The notes beneath the pieces are model-generated. The model worked only from the letters and a program-made list of their open reading frames with translations. It searched no databases and was not told the DNA's origin. From a virus, in IMG/VR virus record IMGVR_UViG_3300036985_006490, positions 98,813 to 162,812 of that record: 64,000 nt of DNA. One strand, 5' to 3'. The position numbers were made by a program, and so were the translations under genes. Shown here piece by piece: positions 20,672-29,719 of this stretch (position 1 is the stretch's first letter; every line of letters starts with the position of its first letter).

Positions 20672-21149
20672 AATGTGAGAATAGTAAATAGCATTCTCCC
20701 TCCTCGATTTTACTTACTTGTTGGTTTGTAGATCTTCCATGAATTACTCCATACCCTGTAGTCATCTTGTTACGAACATTATTGAAATAAAAATTTCCTC
20801 CTATAAAATCTTCATTTAAAAAAACAACAACAGTGAACGTCGTATGTCTATATAAACTTTTTTGATTACTATAATTAAAAGTATGGGTTGGTAATCTATA
20901 TCCTTTTGATAATTTTATAATTCTGTTTTCAATTATTTCATTTACTGAAATCTTTTTGTTTTCATAAAGAATATTTTTCAATTTTGTATCTAACCAATTG
21001 TATTTAATAAATTTCTGATAGTATTTGAAATCTTGGTCATACAGTTGCCATTCAGATTCGTTTGAAAGGAGTAAACTACATTCTTCCTTTGAAAAAAATT
21101 GATACATTTTATATGATATTATTGGTATATTTAACTTGGTTTTCCACAT
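20640..21149 (-). CDS. Degenerate 2OG-Fe(II) oxygenase-fold protein
   Basis: FLNEDFIGG retained, but HxD reads HTF and the distal His reads QQV. Confidence 0.6.
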   Translation of the reverse strand: MWKTKLNIPIISYKMYQFFSKEECSLLLSNESEWQLYDQDFKYYQKFIKYNWLDTKLKNILYENKKISVNEIIENRIIKLSKGYRLPTHTFNYSNQKSLYRHTTFTVVVFLNEDFIGGNFYFNNVRNKMTTGYGVIHGRSTNQQVSKIEEGECYLLFSHFGQICVNKPF

Positions 21150-21708
21150 CTAAACAAAAATTTCCAGCATACACGATTCTATCTAATTCAGATTTTGGGG
21201 TAGGGATTGCCGTATGTCTTATATTTGCCGGAAATATAAAAAAATCTCCTTCTTGTGGTAAAAATTTATGTCTTATTTTGTCTTCAGTTTCGAAAACAAT
21301 ATGCCCCTCATCTCCTTTAATATCTTTTGGTGTTTGTAAGTAATATGTGAACGTAAAGTCCGTCGTAATATTTGACCGACCAGGTGGATGAACTAAAAGA
21401 TGTTGGTGTAACCATTCCATATCAAACCCTTTGGTCTGAGTATATATCCAAAAATGTTCCGCATAATTAATAAACTTTCTATTTGAGATTTCTTCTACGT
21501 ATTTTTTAATTTTTTTATTAATTTGTAGAAAACATTTAGTGTTTATTTCCATCCAAATTGAATTCTCTTTTGTTTGAGTTTTGGTATAGATTACTGATGA
21601 ATCATTTAACTTTGCATATTTAAGACAATCATCTTTTATATTCATAAATTTATCATCATGACCTTTATGAATAGTAAATGTCGTAGACAACTTCAATTCT
21701 TGAATCAT
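21109..21708 (-). CDS. Putative 2OG-Fe(II) oxygenase (TIGR02466-like)
   Basis: HQH, YYLQTP, PQEGDFFIFPANIRH, R..AGN. Confidence 0.7.
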   Translation of the reverse strand: MIQELKLSTTFTIHKGHDDKFMNIKDDCLKYAKLNDSSVIYTKTQTKENSIWMEINTKCFLQINKKIKKYVEEISNRKFINYAEHFWIYTQTKGFDMEWLHQHLLVHPPGRSNITTDFTFTYYLQTPKDIKGDEGHIVFETEDKIRHKFLPQEGDFFIFPANIRHTAIPTPKSELDRIVYAGNFCLDVENQVKYTNNII

Positions 21709-22142
21709 ATGATTTTTTTATCAATTTTTTCGTATCTCTGATAGTTACTGAGTATTTCCTCTCCCTTTTTAATATCTCTTATTGATTTCATACTATTTTT
21801 ATCAATATTACTTTTAGTTTCATAATAACCACTGTTCACAAAATAATATGGGTTAGTATAAATCCAATGACAACTGTTAGTTAATTTTACATAAATGCTA
21901 GTGTCTTTTGGGAAATCTGAGGAAAATAAAAATAAATCTTGAATGTGTTGACGTAATTCCTCATTCAATTCACTTAATTGGTCTTGAGTTATGGGGTAGA
22001 ATCCTGTTTTACCCTCCCACAATTGAAACAAAAGTGTGTCTTTAACGATATCTTTTATCGCAAAAACTCCTATTCCTGAAATATTACTTGGTTTCAACTT
22101 TACAAAAACACAATTTTTTATGTAATTGTACGCATCCATCAT
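21705..22142 (-). CDS. SET-domain protein (lysine methyltransferase-like)
   Basis: LKPSNISGIGVFAIKDI, YFVN, RDIKKGEEILSNY; canonical NHS reads NSG. Confidence 0.8.
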   Translation of the reverse strand: MMDAYNYIKNCVFVKLKPSNISGIGVFAIKDIVKDTLLFQLWEGKTGFYPITQDQLSELNEELRQHIQDLFLFSSDFPKDTSIYVKLTNSCHWIYTNPYYFVNSGYYETKSNIDKNSMKSIRDIKKGEEILSNYQRYEKIDKKII

Positions 22143-22291
22143 AAATGTTTATTCATAAACAATTCAAAAAATTTACCAATTACAGTTTCGACTCTTTCTT
22201 TTTCTGTAGTTGATAATTGTTCGGTTGTTCTGTTTTTAATTTGATTTAAGGACTTTTTTTTGTATAACTGAGGGTGTTTAGATATATCCAT
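22139..22291 (-). CDS. Small hypothetical protein (50 aa, MDISKHPQLYKKKSLNQ...), not in the ORF track
   Basis: Translated by hand; fills the gap between the Hint protein and the SET gene; its TGA overlaps the SET ATG (ATGA). Confidence 0.65.
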   Translation of the reverse strand: MDISKHPQLYKKKSLNQIKNRTTEQLSTTEKERVETVIGKFFELFMNKHL

Positions 22292-22301
22292 GTTTGTAAA
22301 T

Positions 22302-25034
22302 TTATTTGTTATGTACTAATACTCCATTCGCATAAAAATTTTGATTGTCAGCAACTGAAATAATATGCGTTTGTGTGTTTATTCTTTCCAATTCTGTTAT
22401 AGAAACAATCTCCAAGATTTCTCTGTTAGGTTTGGTTAATTTGTCCCCAATATTTATTTGTGTTACTTCCAAAGGAATATCATATCTTTCATTAGTCCAC
22501 TTTGGTTTATAAGACGCAAGTTTTAATCCATTAACATAAAATGGGTGGTCAAATGTTGAAATGATTTCTGTATCATCAGAAAGTATGTATTTAACTAAAT
22601 CATCATGTATGGGTGAGTTTACTTCTGTAACTTCTCTTTCCTCCACAACATTTATAATTTCATTGTAAGACAATACTAAATCCCCCACGTTAATCTCTTC
22701 AATATTTTTTTCTATTCCATTTCCCATCAAAACTTTAGTACCGCTTATAAAACAAGCTTTATTGTGGGTTAAAATACCATTAGCAAAAAAGTTATGATTA
22801 TTGGTTACTTCGAAAATATAAGTTTGTGTTGGTTTGAATTCTAGTTCTTCAATTTTAGTAATTCTTGTATTCAATCCGTCAATTAAGTTAACATTATCTC
22901 CTACTTCTATTTGTGTGACATTATTATTAAAATTGTACCTATCGTTGGTCAATAAAGGTCTATATGACGACAAATTAAACCCATTTATAAAAAATGGGTG
23001 GTCAAAAGTACAAACAATTTCAGTACCATTTTCAAAAGAATACTTAACCAAATCATCATGAATCGGTGTAATTATATTTGTTACGGTTTGATTTTCTTTT
23101 AATCCTGTTTCTAAATTAACTGAAACTACTATATCACCATTCGCAATATCTTCAATTGGTTTTGTAGTTCCGTCTGCCATTTCAATCATTGTACCTTTTA
23201 CAAAACATGCTCGATTATGTACCAAAACGTCATTAGCAAAATAATTATGATTAATTTCAACTTCAGACAAATTGTATACTTTAGTCTCTTCATTAACTAC
23301 GGTAATTTTATCCAAAATAACATTTTTGTTCATTAATTTCACAGAATCTCCGATTTCAATTTTTTGTACTGGTTCACCTATTGTGTATAATGTATTTGAT
23401 AATAAATTGTCATAAGATGACCAACCCTTACCATTAACGAAGATTGGGTGGTCAGTTGTCGATTTGAGAGTACCCCCATTATCAAACTCATAAACTACAA
23501 TTTTATCTATTTTTTTGGAAAATACATTTAATACTTTACTAACCTTTGTCTCATTACTATTGAAGTTGAATGACAATATAGAATCTCCAATTACAACATC
23601 TTCAATATTTTTTGTTGTACCATCTTCCATTTGAATTTTGGTACCTGCAACAAAACAAGGAGAGTTATATGATACAATACTATTGAACGCCGTAGAACCA
23701 TTTATTATATACGTATCGGTATCTTCAACATCAAGTTCAACGAATGCCAACCCAGTCTCGGGTGAAACATAGAAGTTTAATTCGTCAACTTTAATCAAGT
23801 TACCTTCCAAATCATATACGTAATCAGTTACTGCGTTTATTTCAGAAATAAATTTAATACTACTTTTATCAGATATAGAATCATAAATCAAATATTTTTT
23901 GTTAATACCTGAAAATAGCGAATCATTATCTATCACCATTTCCATCATTGCCCCATATTTGAGTTGTTTAACATCTTTGAAGACAACCTCGGAATTACTA
24001 ATATAAGATCCATCAGGAAACTCACCTCCATCATAACTCCAAGTTAAAGCATTCAAATCAGTTTCAGCTTGAGGGGATCCATTAACTTTATAAGACTTTA
24101 TGGTTTCACCAACTTGAATTTCGGACACTTCTTTCCAAGTTTCATCATTCATCAAAACTTCATGGGTAGACAAAATTCCACCCGAATCGTTTTTGATAAA
24201 ATTTGTTGTGAATTCATAGTAATGATGGTCTTTAACTTTATTACCTTCCAATTCTATCGATTCAGGTAATTCAAATATAGAACTGATTTTATAAGAATGC
24301 AGTATCATTATATCCAAATTTCCCCCATAAACTATCCCAAAAACTCTTATTGATGTAATATGATTATCCTCATCTACACTTGATGGGTGAATGTGATATT
24401 GTTCAATTAATTTATTTTCATCAGAATTTTCAGATAAGAAATCATTCCAACAATTTTCAGATGTTCCTCCAGTTAAATTAATTTTGAAAAAATCAATTGG
24501 ATTAAAAGATTCATATACATCCTTTATAGTTGCATCTGGTATGTTACCTGTATTTATTTCTTTTGTCAATGTATCATAAGTACCTACTGATGAAGAATGG
24601 TAATATCCAACACAATTATCAGTTATAAAGCTATCGGTGAACAAATTATAAACATTCAATCTATTTTTACAATACACACTGTCAAATATTGCGGTTTCGT
24701 CGTAGGCTAATCTTAACACAAATTTATCGGCAGCATCCGCAACTGATGTTGGATAAATTGAATTAATATTCTCGTCATGTAAGTTGATGACGATTGATGG
24801 TAGATTATTATTAACTTCTTCAACAAGTCTATTAACAAAATCTATGTGTAAAAATGGTTTATAGATAATGTCTAAAGTTGTGATGTTGTTTGACGATAAT
24901 ACTGATAAAAATCCACTAAAGTCAAAATTCACCAATTCCTGGTCGATAAACCCAGTATCCGTATTTAACTCTAATAATCTTAAATCACCATTTGAGTCTT
25001 TTACAAAGTCTGCCGAAAATAACGTTCCTTTCAT
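22302..25034 (-). CDS. Putative circularly permuted ATP-grasp domain + degenerate Hint + three tandem Hint (bacterial intein-like) domains
   Basis: N-terminal SADFVKDSNGDLRLLELNT; Hint domains C460-N607, C610-N758 and C761-N909, each with CF..GT, TxDHP and terminal HN. Confidence 0.85.
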   Translation of the reverse strand: MKGTLFSADFVKDSNGDLRLLELNTDTGFIDQELVNFDFSGFLSVLSSNNITTLDIIYKPFLHIDFVNRLVEEVNNNLPSIVINLHDENINSIYPTSVADAADKFVLRLAYDETAIFDSVYCKNRLNVYNLFTDSFITDNCVGYYHSSSVGTYDTLTKEINTGNIPDATIKDVYESFNPIDFFKINLTGGTSENCWNDFLSENSDENKLIEQYHIHPSSVDEDNHITSIRVFGIVYGGNLDIMILHSYKISSIFELPESIELEGNKVKDHHYYEFTTNFIKNDSGGILSTHEVLMNDETWKEVSEIQVGETIKSYKVNGSPQAETDLNALTWSYDGGEFPDGSYISNSEVVFKDVKQLKYGAMMEMVIDNDSLFSGINKKYLIYDSISDKSSIKFISEINAVTDYVYDLEGNLIKVDELNFYVSPETGLAFVELDVEDTDTYIINGSTAFNSIVSYNSPCFVAGTKIQMEDGTTKNIEDVVIGDSILSFNFNSNETKVSKVLNVFSKKIDKIVVYEFDNGGTLKSTTDHPIFVNGKGWSSYDNLLSNTLYTIGEPVQKIEIGDSVKLMNKNVILDKITVVNEETKVYNLSEVEINHNYFANDVLVHNRACFVKGTMIEMADGTTKPIEDIANGDIVVSVNLETGLKENQTVTNIITPIHDDLVKYSFENGTEIVCTFDHPFFINGFNLSSYRPLLTNDRYNFNNNVTQIEVGDNVNLIDGLNTRITKIEELEFKPTQTYIFEVTNNHNFFANGILTHNKACFISGTKVLMGNGIEKNIEEINVGDLVLSYNEIINVVEEREVTEVNSPIHDDLVKYILSDDTEIISTFDHPFYVNGLKLASYKPKWTNERYDIPLEVTQINIGDKLTKPNREILEIVSITELERINTQTHIISVADNQNFYANGVLVHNK
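22308..22754 (-). other. Hint domain 3 (C761-N909)
   Basis: CFISGTKV...STFDHPFY...QNFYANGVLVHN followed by K-stop. Confidence 0.9.
22761..23207 (-). other. Hint domain 2 (C610-N758)
   Basis: CFVKGTMI...CTFDHPFF...HNFFANGILTHN. Confidence 0.9.
23214..23657 (-). other. Hint domain 1 (C460-N607)
   Basis: CFVAGTKI...STTDHPIF...VYNL...HNYFANDVLVHN. Confidence 0.9.
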
Positions 25035-25127
25035 AATATGTTGTTAGTTATATATTAAATATCTTGTAGAGGTTTAATTTTTTTTATATTTCTATCCCTT
25101 GTATTCAACCTCAACCAAATTAAAATT

Positions 25128-25670
25128 TTACAAAAGGGTTTTAGGACTTGAACTAGTTGTTCTTGAGATACAGATATGCGTAAGTTCTAAACTTTGTGAT
25201 AAACTTAGTTGAAAATCAATTATATGGTATACTTCAGAAAAATTAATTTTATTGAATTGAACTCTTTTATTATGCTCCAAAGTATTCGGATATAGATTAA
25301 TAATTCTTACTTTTTTATCAAGATTCGAATTAATTAACTCGAGTGAAGATTTTTGTAAACTTAATTTATTTTCTCTATAATCATCAAAACTACCATTATT
25401 GAAGATGGCCGAAGTTAGAACGTTAAAAATAGTTTTATCCTGATATTTCCACAAGTCAAAAAGTTCTTCAAATATTTTTTGTTGGTAAATCGGATGATAT
25501 GTATTATTAATAAACACATCCAAATCTAAAACTTCATTTAGAATGTCTGTGTATCGTTTAAGGTCATACCCATTACTTCTTGAAAAACCAAAAACTTCAT
25601 GGTTTTTTTTCAAAAAATCATAAAGACCTCTACCCAAAGAATCACTGTGTCCTGTTATTCCTATCTTCAT
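25128..25670 (-). CDS. Short-chain dehydrogenase-like (Rossmann) protein
   Basis: ITGHSDSLG, DVFINN, YxxxK (YRENK). Confidence 0.7.
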   Translation of the reverse strand: MKIGITGHSDSLGRGLYDFLKKNHEVFGFSRSNGYDLKRYTDILNEVLDLDVFINNTYHPIYQQKIFEELFDLWKYQDKTIFNVLTSAIFNNGSFDDYRENKLSLQKSSLELINSNLDKKVRIINLYPNTLEHNKRVQFNKINFSEVYHIIDFQLSLSQSLELTHICISRTTSSSPKTLL

Positions 25671-26179
25671 ATTAAACTAACACTACTTTTCATATTTTCC
25701 TTATATAAAAATATTATTAATGAATACCGAATACCACTTTCAATTTTTGTAACCTCATGTTCTCTTGTATTTTTGAAAGAATAAATTGTACCAGCTATTT
25801 TAGGAATAATTTGTGTAGGTTTATATAATACAAAATCACCTCCCACATAGTCATCATTCAAACAAACTCCAACATTCAATGTTTGATTAGGATAGTATAT
25901 GTCACTATGTCTTTCAAATTCATTTCCGGCTATGTATTTGTGTAAATGTATTACTTCAAAGGGTTTGGTTATTTCGATATTTTGGTCTATTAACAAATAC
26001 TCAGTAATTTTATCAAAAATCCATTTTACCGACTCATTTCGATAAATATTATAATAAGTATACGATATTTTTTCCCTCGGTCTTTCAACGGTTTTACTAT
26101 TCACATCTCTGTGAGTACCCTCTATTTCTAAGGTTAAATTTATAATCTTATCACACTCTTCTTTAGAAAAACAAACCAT
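25667..26179 (-). CDS. 2OG-Fe(II) oxygenase
   Basis: HSD, LNDDYVGG, HEV...GIRYSL. Confidence 0.8.
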   Translation of the reverse strand: MVCFSKEECDKIINLTLEIEGTHRDVNSKTVERPREKISYTYYNIYRNESVKWIFDKITEYLLIDQNIEITKPFEVIHLHKYIAGNEFERHSDIYYPNQTLNVGVCLNDDYVGGDFVLYKPTQIIPKIAGTIYSFKNTREHEVTKIESGIRYSLIIFLYKENMKSSVSLI

Positions 26180-26181
26180 AT

Positions 26182-26298
26182 TTAATGATTGTAAATAAAA
26201 GGATCTCTTTTCTTTAATTCTTCAATTTTCTTTTTTAATTCTTTTTTTCTTTTTCTTTCCTTAATTTTTTTAAGGAACCAATCAATAATTTTTTTCAT
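26182..26298 (-). CDS. Small basic protein (38 aa) ending KKRDPFIYNH, not in the ORF track
   Basis: Translated by hand: MKKIIDWFLKKIKERKRKKELKKKIEELKKRDPFIYNH; ATGA overlap with the carbamoyltransferase stop. Confidence 0.7.
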   Translation of the reverse strand: MKKIIDWFLKKIKERKRKKELKKKIEELKKRDPFIYNH

Positions 26299-27962
26299 AG
26301 TATTTTGTGTATTATATAATTATCTAAAACTAACAAGTCTAAATCAGTATCCTTAAAAGTTTCTATCGCGTCAAACGGAGTTAGTACCATTGTTTTATCT
26401 TTAACGTTGAATGATGTATTCAATATAATTGGATACCCACTTAATTTTTCAAACTCAATTAATAAGTCGTGAATTACTGTATTTTCATACACAGTCTGAA
26501 TTCTTGATGTTCCATCCACGTGAACAACCGCAGATAATTTATCTGCAAATTCTTCCCTTACTTTAACAATTTGATTCATGTATGGTATATCATCAATCGT
26601 ATGAAAAAATTCATTTTGTTTTTCTTTAATGACCATAGGCGCGAAAGGACGAAACCCCTCTCTTTTCTTAATCAATCTATTAATTCTGGATTTCATATCG
26701 GGTACAGTAGGGTCGGCTAAAATAGACCTGTGTCCTAATGCTCTCGCTCCGAATTCGATTCTATCTCTATACCACCCAACTACTTTACCTTCATGGATTT
26801 TTTTGGCTACGTATTTTATTAATGTATTGTAATCGTGAATTTCAAAAAAGTTCAAATTTTTAATGTGACCCATATAAAATTCAACATCATACTTTGGCCC
26901 CAAAAAAGGATTCTTAGTTACTCTTTTGTTTAATTTTTTATTTTGTACAAGATAATGAATACAAGCACCAACACAGGACCCTGCATCTGATGGAGCAACT
27001 GGTATCCAAATTTTTTCAAAATCAGAATTGGATACTATCTTCCCATTCGCAGTACCATTGTATGCCGAACCACCTCCTAAGCAAAGATTATTACTACCAA
27101 GATTTTTCAAACTTTTAATAATATCAAACAAAACTTCTTCGTATCTTAATTGAACTGCAGCCGCTAAATTTTGATGAATTGTAGTAATTTCTTCTTCAGT
27201 TAATCTTGGTGAAATACCTAAATGTTCTATTAGTTTTTCGTTGAACATCAATTTTTCTGACTTATCCCAACAAAAAACATCCATGTCACAGATTAATTCT
27301 CCATCTTTGAATTCTATTAAACTTCTAATTTTTTCAATATTCTCTTGAGGGTCTCCATATGACGCTAATCCCATTAATTTATATTCTCCTTCATTTGGTT
27401 TGAACCCCAAATACGAAGTCATTGTAGAATAATAAAACCCCAATGAATGAGGATATTTCCCCAAATCATGATATTCAATTCCATCATCATCCGCCAAACC
27501 AAAAGATAATGTATCAATTTCACCAACACCATCAATAGACAAACAGATTGCCCTTTCAAAATCGGAAGTGAAAAAAGAATAATACTGATGAGCTAAATGG
27601 TGTTCGGAGTAAAATACTCTTCCCTTAAATGGCCTCAAATGTTTATTTACATCTGAGATATTTTTTAAGATCTTAACTAAAGATTTCAAAGAATATTTCG
27701 GTGATTTAAAAAAGTTTTTCTTGATGTTACTAAGTACTCTTTTTAGTTTTAGATTGAGGTCTTCATAATAACAAACCATGTCAATATCGTCATAAGTTAT
27801 ACTATAATGACTAAAGATGTATTCAATTGTATTAATTGGAAAAGAACTATCGTGTTTAATTCCCGTAAATTTTTCCTCTTCACAAGCAAAGACTAACTCC
27901 CCGTCTTTGAATAGACAGACAGATGAATCGTGATAAAAAGATGAAATACCAAGTATGTACAT
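26295..27962 (-). CDS. Carbamoyltransferase (NodU/CmcH family)
   Basis: ILGIS.FYHDSS, EHHLAH, DGVGE, EYKLMGLASYG, EFGARALGHRSILADP, FRPFAP, NTSFN. Confidence 0.95.
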   Translation of the reverse strand: MYILGISSFYHDSSVCLFKDGELVFACEEEKFTGIKHDSSFPINTIEYIFSHYSITYDDIDMVCYYEDLNLKLKRVLSNIKKNFFKSPKYSLKSLVKILKNISDVNKHLRPFKGRVFYSEHHLAHQYYSFFTSDFERAICLSIDGVGEIDTLSFGLADDDGIEYHDLGKYPHSLGFYYSTMTSYLGFKPNEGEYKLMGLASYGDPQENIEKIRSLIEFKDGELICDMDVFCWDKSEKLMFNEKLIEHLGISPRLTEEEITTIHQNLAAAVQLRYEEVLFDIIKSLKNLGSNNLCLGGGSAYNGTANGKIVSNSDFEKIWIPVAPSDAGSCVGACIHYLVQNKKLNKRVTKNPFLGPKYDVEFYMGHIKNLNFFEIHDYNTLIKYVAKKIHEGKVVGWYRDRIEFGARALGHRSILADPTVPDMKSRINRLIKKREGFRPFAPMVIKEKQNEFFHTIDDIPYMNQIVKVREEFADKLSAVVHVDGTSRIQTVYENTVIHDLLIEFEKLSGYPIILNTSFNVKDKTMVLTPFDAIETFKDTDLDLLVLDNYIIHKIL

Positions 27963-29719
27963 TACTGAAAATTTATTAAACTTTGAAAAAAGTTATAGTC
28001 TGTTTTATCTTCATACAAACTTGTAACTATATCTTTATTATGTTTGAACCTTTTTTTTGAGCTTTGATAAAATCCCTGTAATTGGTCTTTGTTCTTACTA
28101 ACTCTCACAATTTCATCAATAATCATTCTCATTCTTTTTTGTGGATTTGGTTCATTATCATAACTTAAATCAAAGAAATCTTCAAAAAAATCTAATCCAT
28201 ATAGTTCTTTTGTCTTTTTAATGTGTTGATGGGTAGCAACAATTAATGGGAATTGTGAATAATAAAAAGGAATCAATGTCTTCTCAGTAATGTGAACTAA
28301 ATTATCTTTTTCAAACTGAGACTCATTGACAATATTGATGTATGAATTTTTGTATGGATTATTTTCAAACATTATATTCCAATCTTGACCTCCATCAGGG
28401 GTATCCACGTCATAATCCTCAAACTCACTTTTTTTAATATTAATATTTTTAAAAAAGTTTAAACTATTTTTTGTTTCGTTAACTAAATCATCGTCAAATA
28501 CTTTCAATAAAAAATCAGAATTTATATCTCCATTTTCTAATTTCATTGAGGATAGTCTATTTCCTCGTAAGAAAGACCAATCGGTATCATCTAATAAATT
28601 ATGGTGTTTAAGCGCGGTTAGAATACCTAATCTGTGTATAGTTAAATTTCTATTATAACACATGAATGTTTTTTCTTTGTTGTTCTTAAAGGGATAACCA
28701 TCACAAAAATTTACAATATTCCTTGTAATTACCACTTGAAGTCTGTTTGAAACATGAACATTTATTTTAGAATTTATCTCATTTTTTAATTGTGGTAATA
28801 ACTGATTACCATTGAGAATAAAAACTTGTTCTGTTGGTATCCCAATCATTTTAAGTTGGTAGTCCGCGATTTTTATAACATATTCCATGTCACATTCATG
28901 TTCCGTTATAAAAATAACTTTGAAGTTTCGATTTTTTTTCAATAAAAGTTTAATTTCTTCTGATAATGGGATATCTCTATGGTCTAAAATATATTGCGAT
29001 AAATAGTAATTTACATGTACCAAATGATAAAAATTTTCATCTTTTCTTTCTAATATTTCACTAACATTACCTATTTTATAATTTTCAATTTCATACCATC
29101 CAGTGCCCATAAAATATTGAATCATAACTGTGTTAGTATTCTCACTCGATTCATCGGGTATAAGATTTAAAATTGTTTTATTATGATATAATTCCGGATA
29201 CTCATTTATTATGTACACACCAACATTATCTTTAGCAAATTGATAGTATAATTTTAAATCATCAATAGTTTTACAATCAAAAATTTTAACATGTTTACAC
29301 AAAGATTTGAATTCTTCTATGTAGTTTGCTTTATGTTGATGCCCTGGATCTAATGGTGTCTCAGACCCTTTACCGACCCTAATTATGATGTGAACTTTTT
29401 CACCCGTCATCAATTCATATTTGTCCACATGGTTTACTAATTGATTGGATGCGGATATTAAAAAGTCCCATCTTGGGTAAAATGTAATAACTCTTTTACC
29501 CGTCATCGCTAAACCCAAACTCATCCCCATTTGCGTTTCTTCCATTACCGGAACTTCAATCATTTTTTCTTTGGGCACATCATCAAGTGTCGTACTCATC
29601 GGATTCCCCCTGTAAACTATTTGTTGACCAATAAAAACGGTATTATCATCATTAGATAAATCGGTCATAATTTTAGAAAGTGTTTCTTTATATGTCATAT
29701 TCTTTGATTTAAAACGCAA
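27962..29719 (-). CDS. Fusion: ThDP-enzyme beta (transketolase/PDH E1-beta pyrimidine-binding) domain + putative glycosyltransferase domain
   Basis: FIGQ, PVMEETQMGMSLGLA, GHQH in the first ~180 aa; C-terminal CYNR...HR...NIVNES...TEK..P shared with three other ORFs. Confidence 0.75.
   Translation of the reverse strand: MRFKSKNMTYKETLSKIMTDLSNDDNTVFIGQQIVYRGNPMSTTLDDVPKEKMIEVPVMEETQMGMSLGLAMTGKRVITFYPRWDFLISASNQLVNHVDKYELMTGEKVHIIIRVGKGSETPLDPGHQHKANYIEEFKSLCKHVKIFDCKTIDDLKLYYQFAKDNVGVYIINEYPELYHNKTILNLIPDESSENTNTVMIQYFMGTGWYEIENYKIGNVSEILERKDENFYHLVHVNYYLSQYILDHRDIPLSEEIKLLLKKNRNFKVIFITEHECDMEYVIKIADYQLKMIGIPTEQVFILNGNQLLPQLKNEINSKINVHVSNRLQVVITRNIVNFCDGYPFKNNKEKTFMCYNRNLTIHRLGILTALKHHNLLDDTDWSFLRGNRLSSMKLENGDINSDFLLKVFDDDLVNETKNSLNFFKNINIKKSEFEDYDVDTPDGGQDWNIMFENNPYKNSYINIVNESQFEKDNLVHITEKTLIPFYYSQFPLIVATHQHIKKTKELYGLDFFEDFFDLSYDNEPNPQKRMRMIIDEIVRVSKNKDQLQGFYQSSKKRFKHNKDIVTSLYEDKTDYNFFQSLINFQ

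Noticed and set aside
22302-23657. Canonical mobile inteins
   Set aside because: No homing endonuclease, no C/S/T at +1, and not inserted in a conserved host-protein motif.
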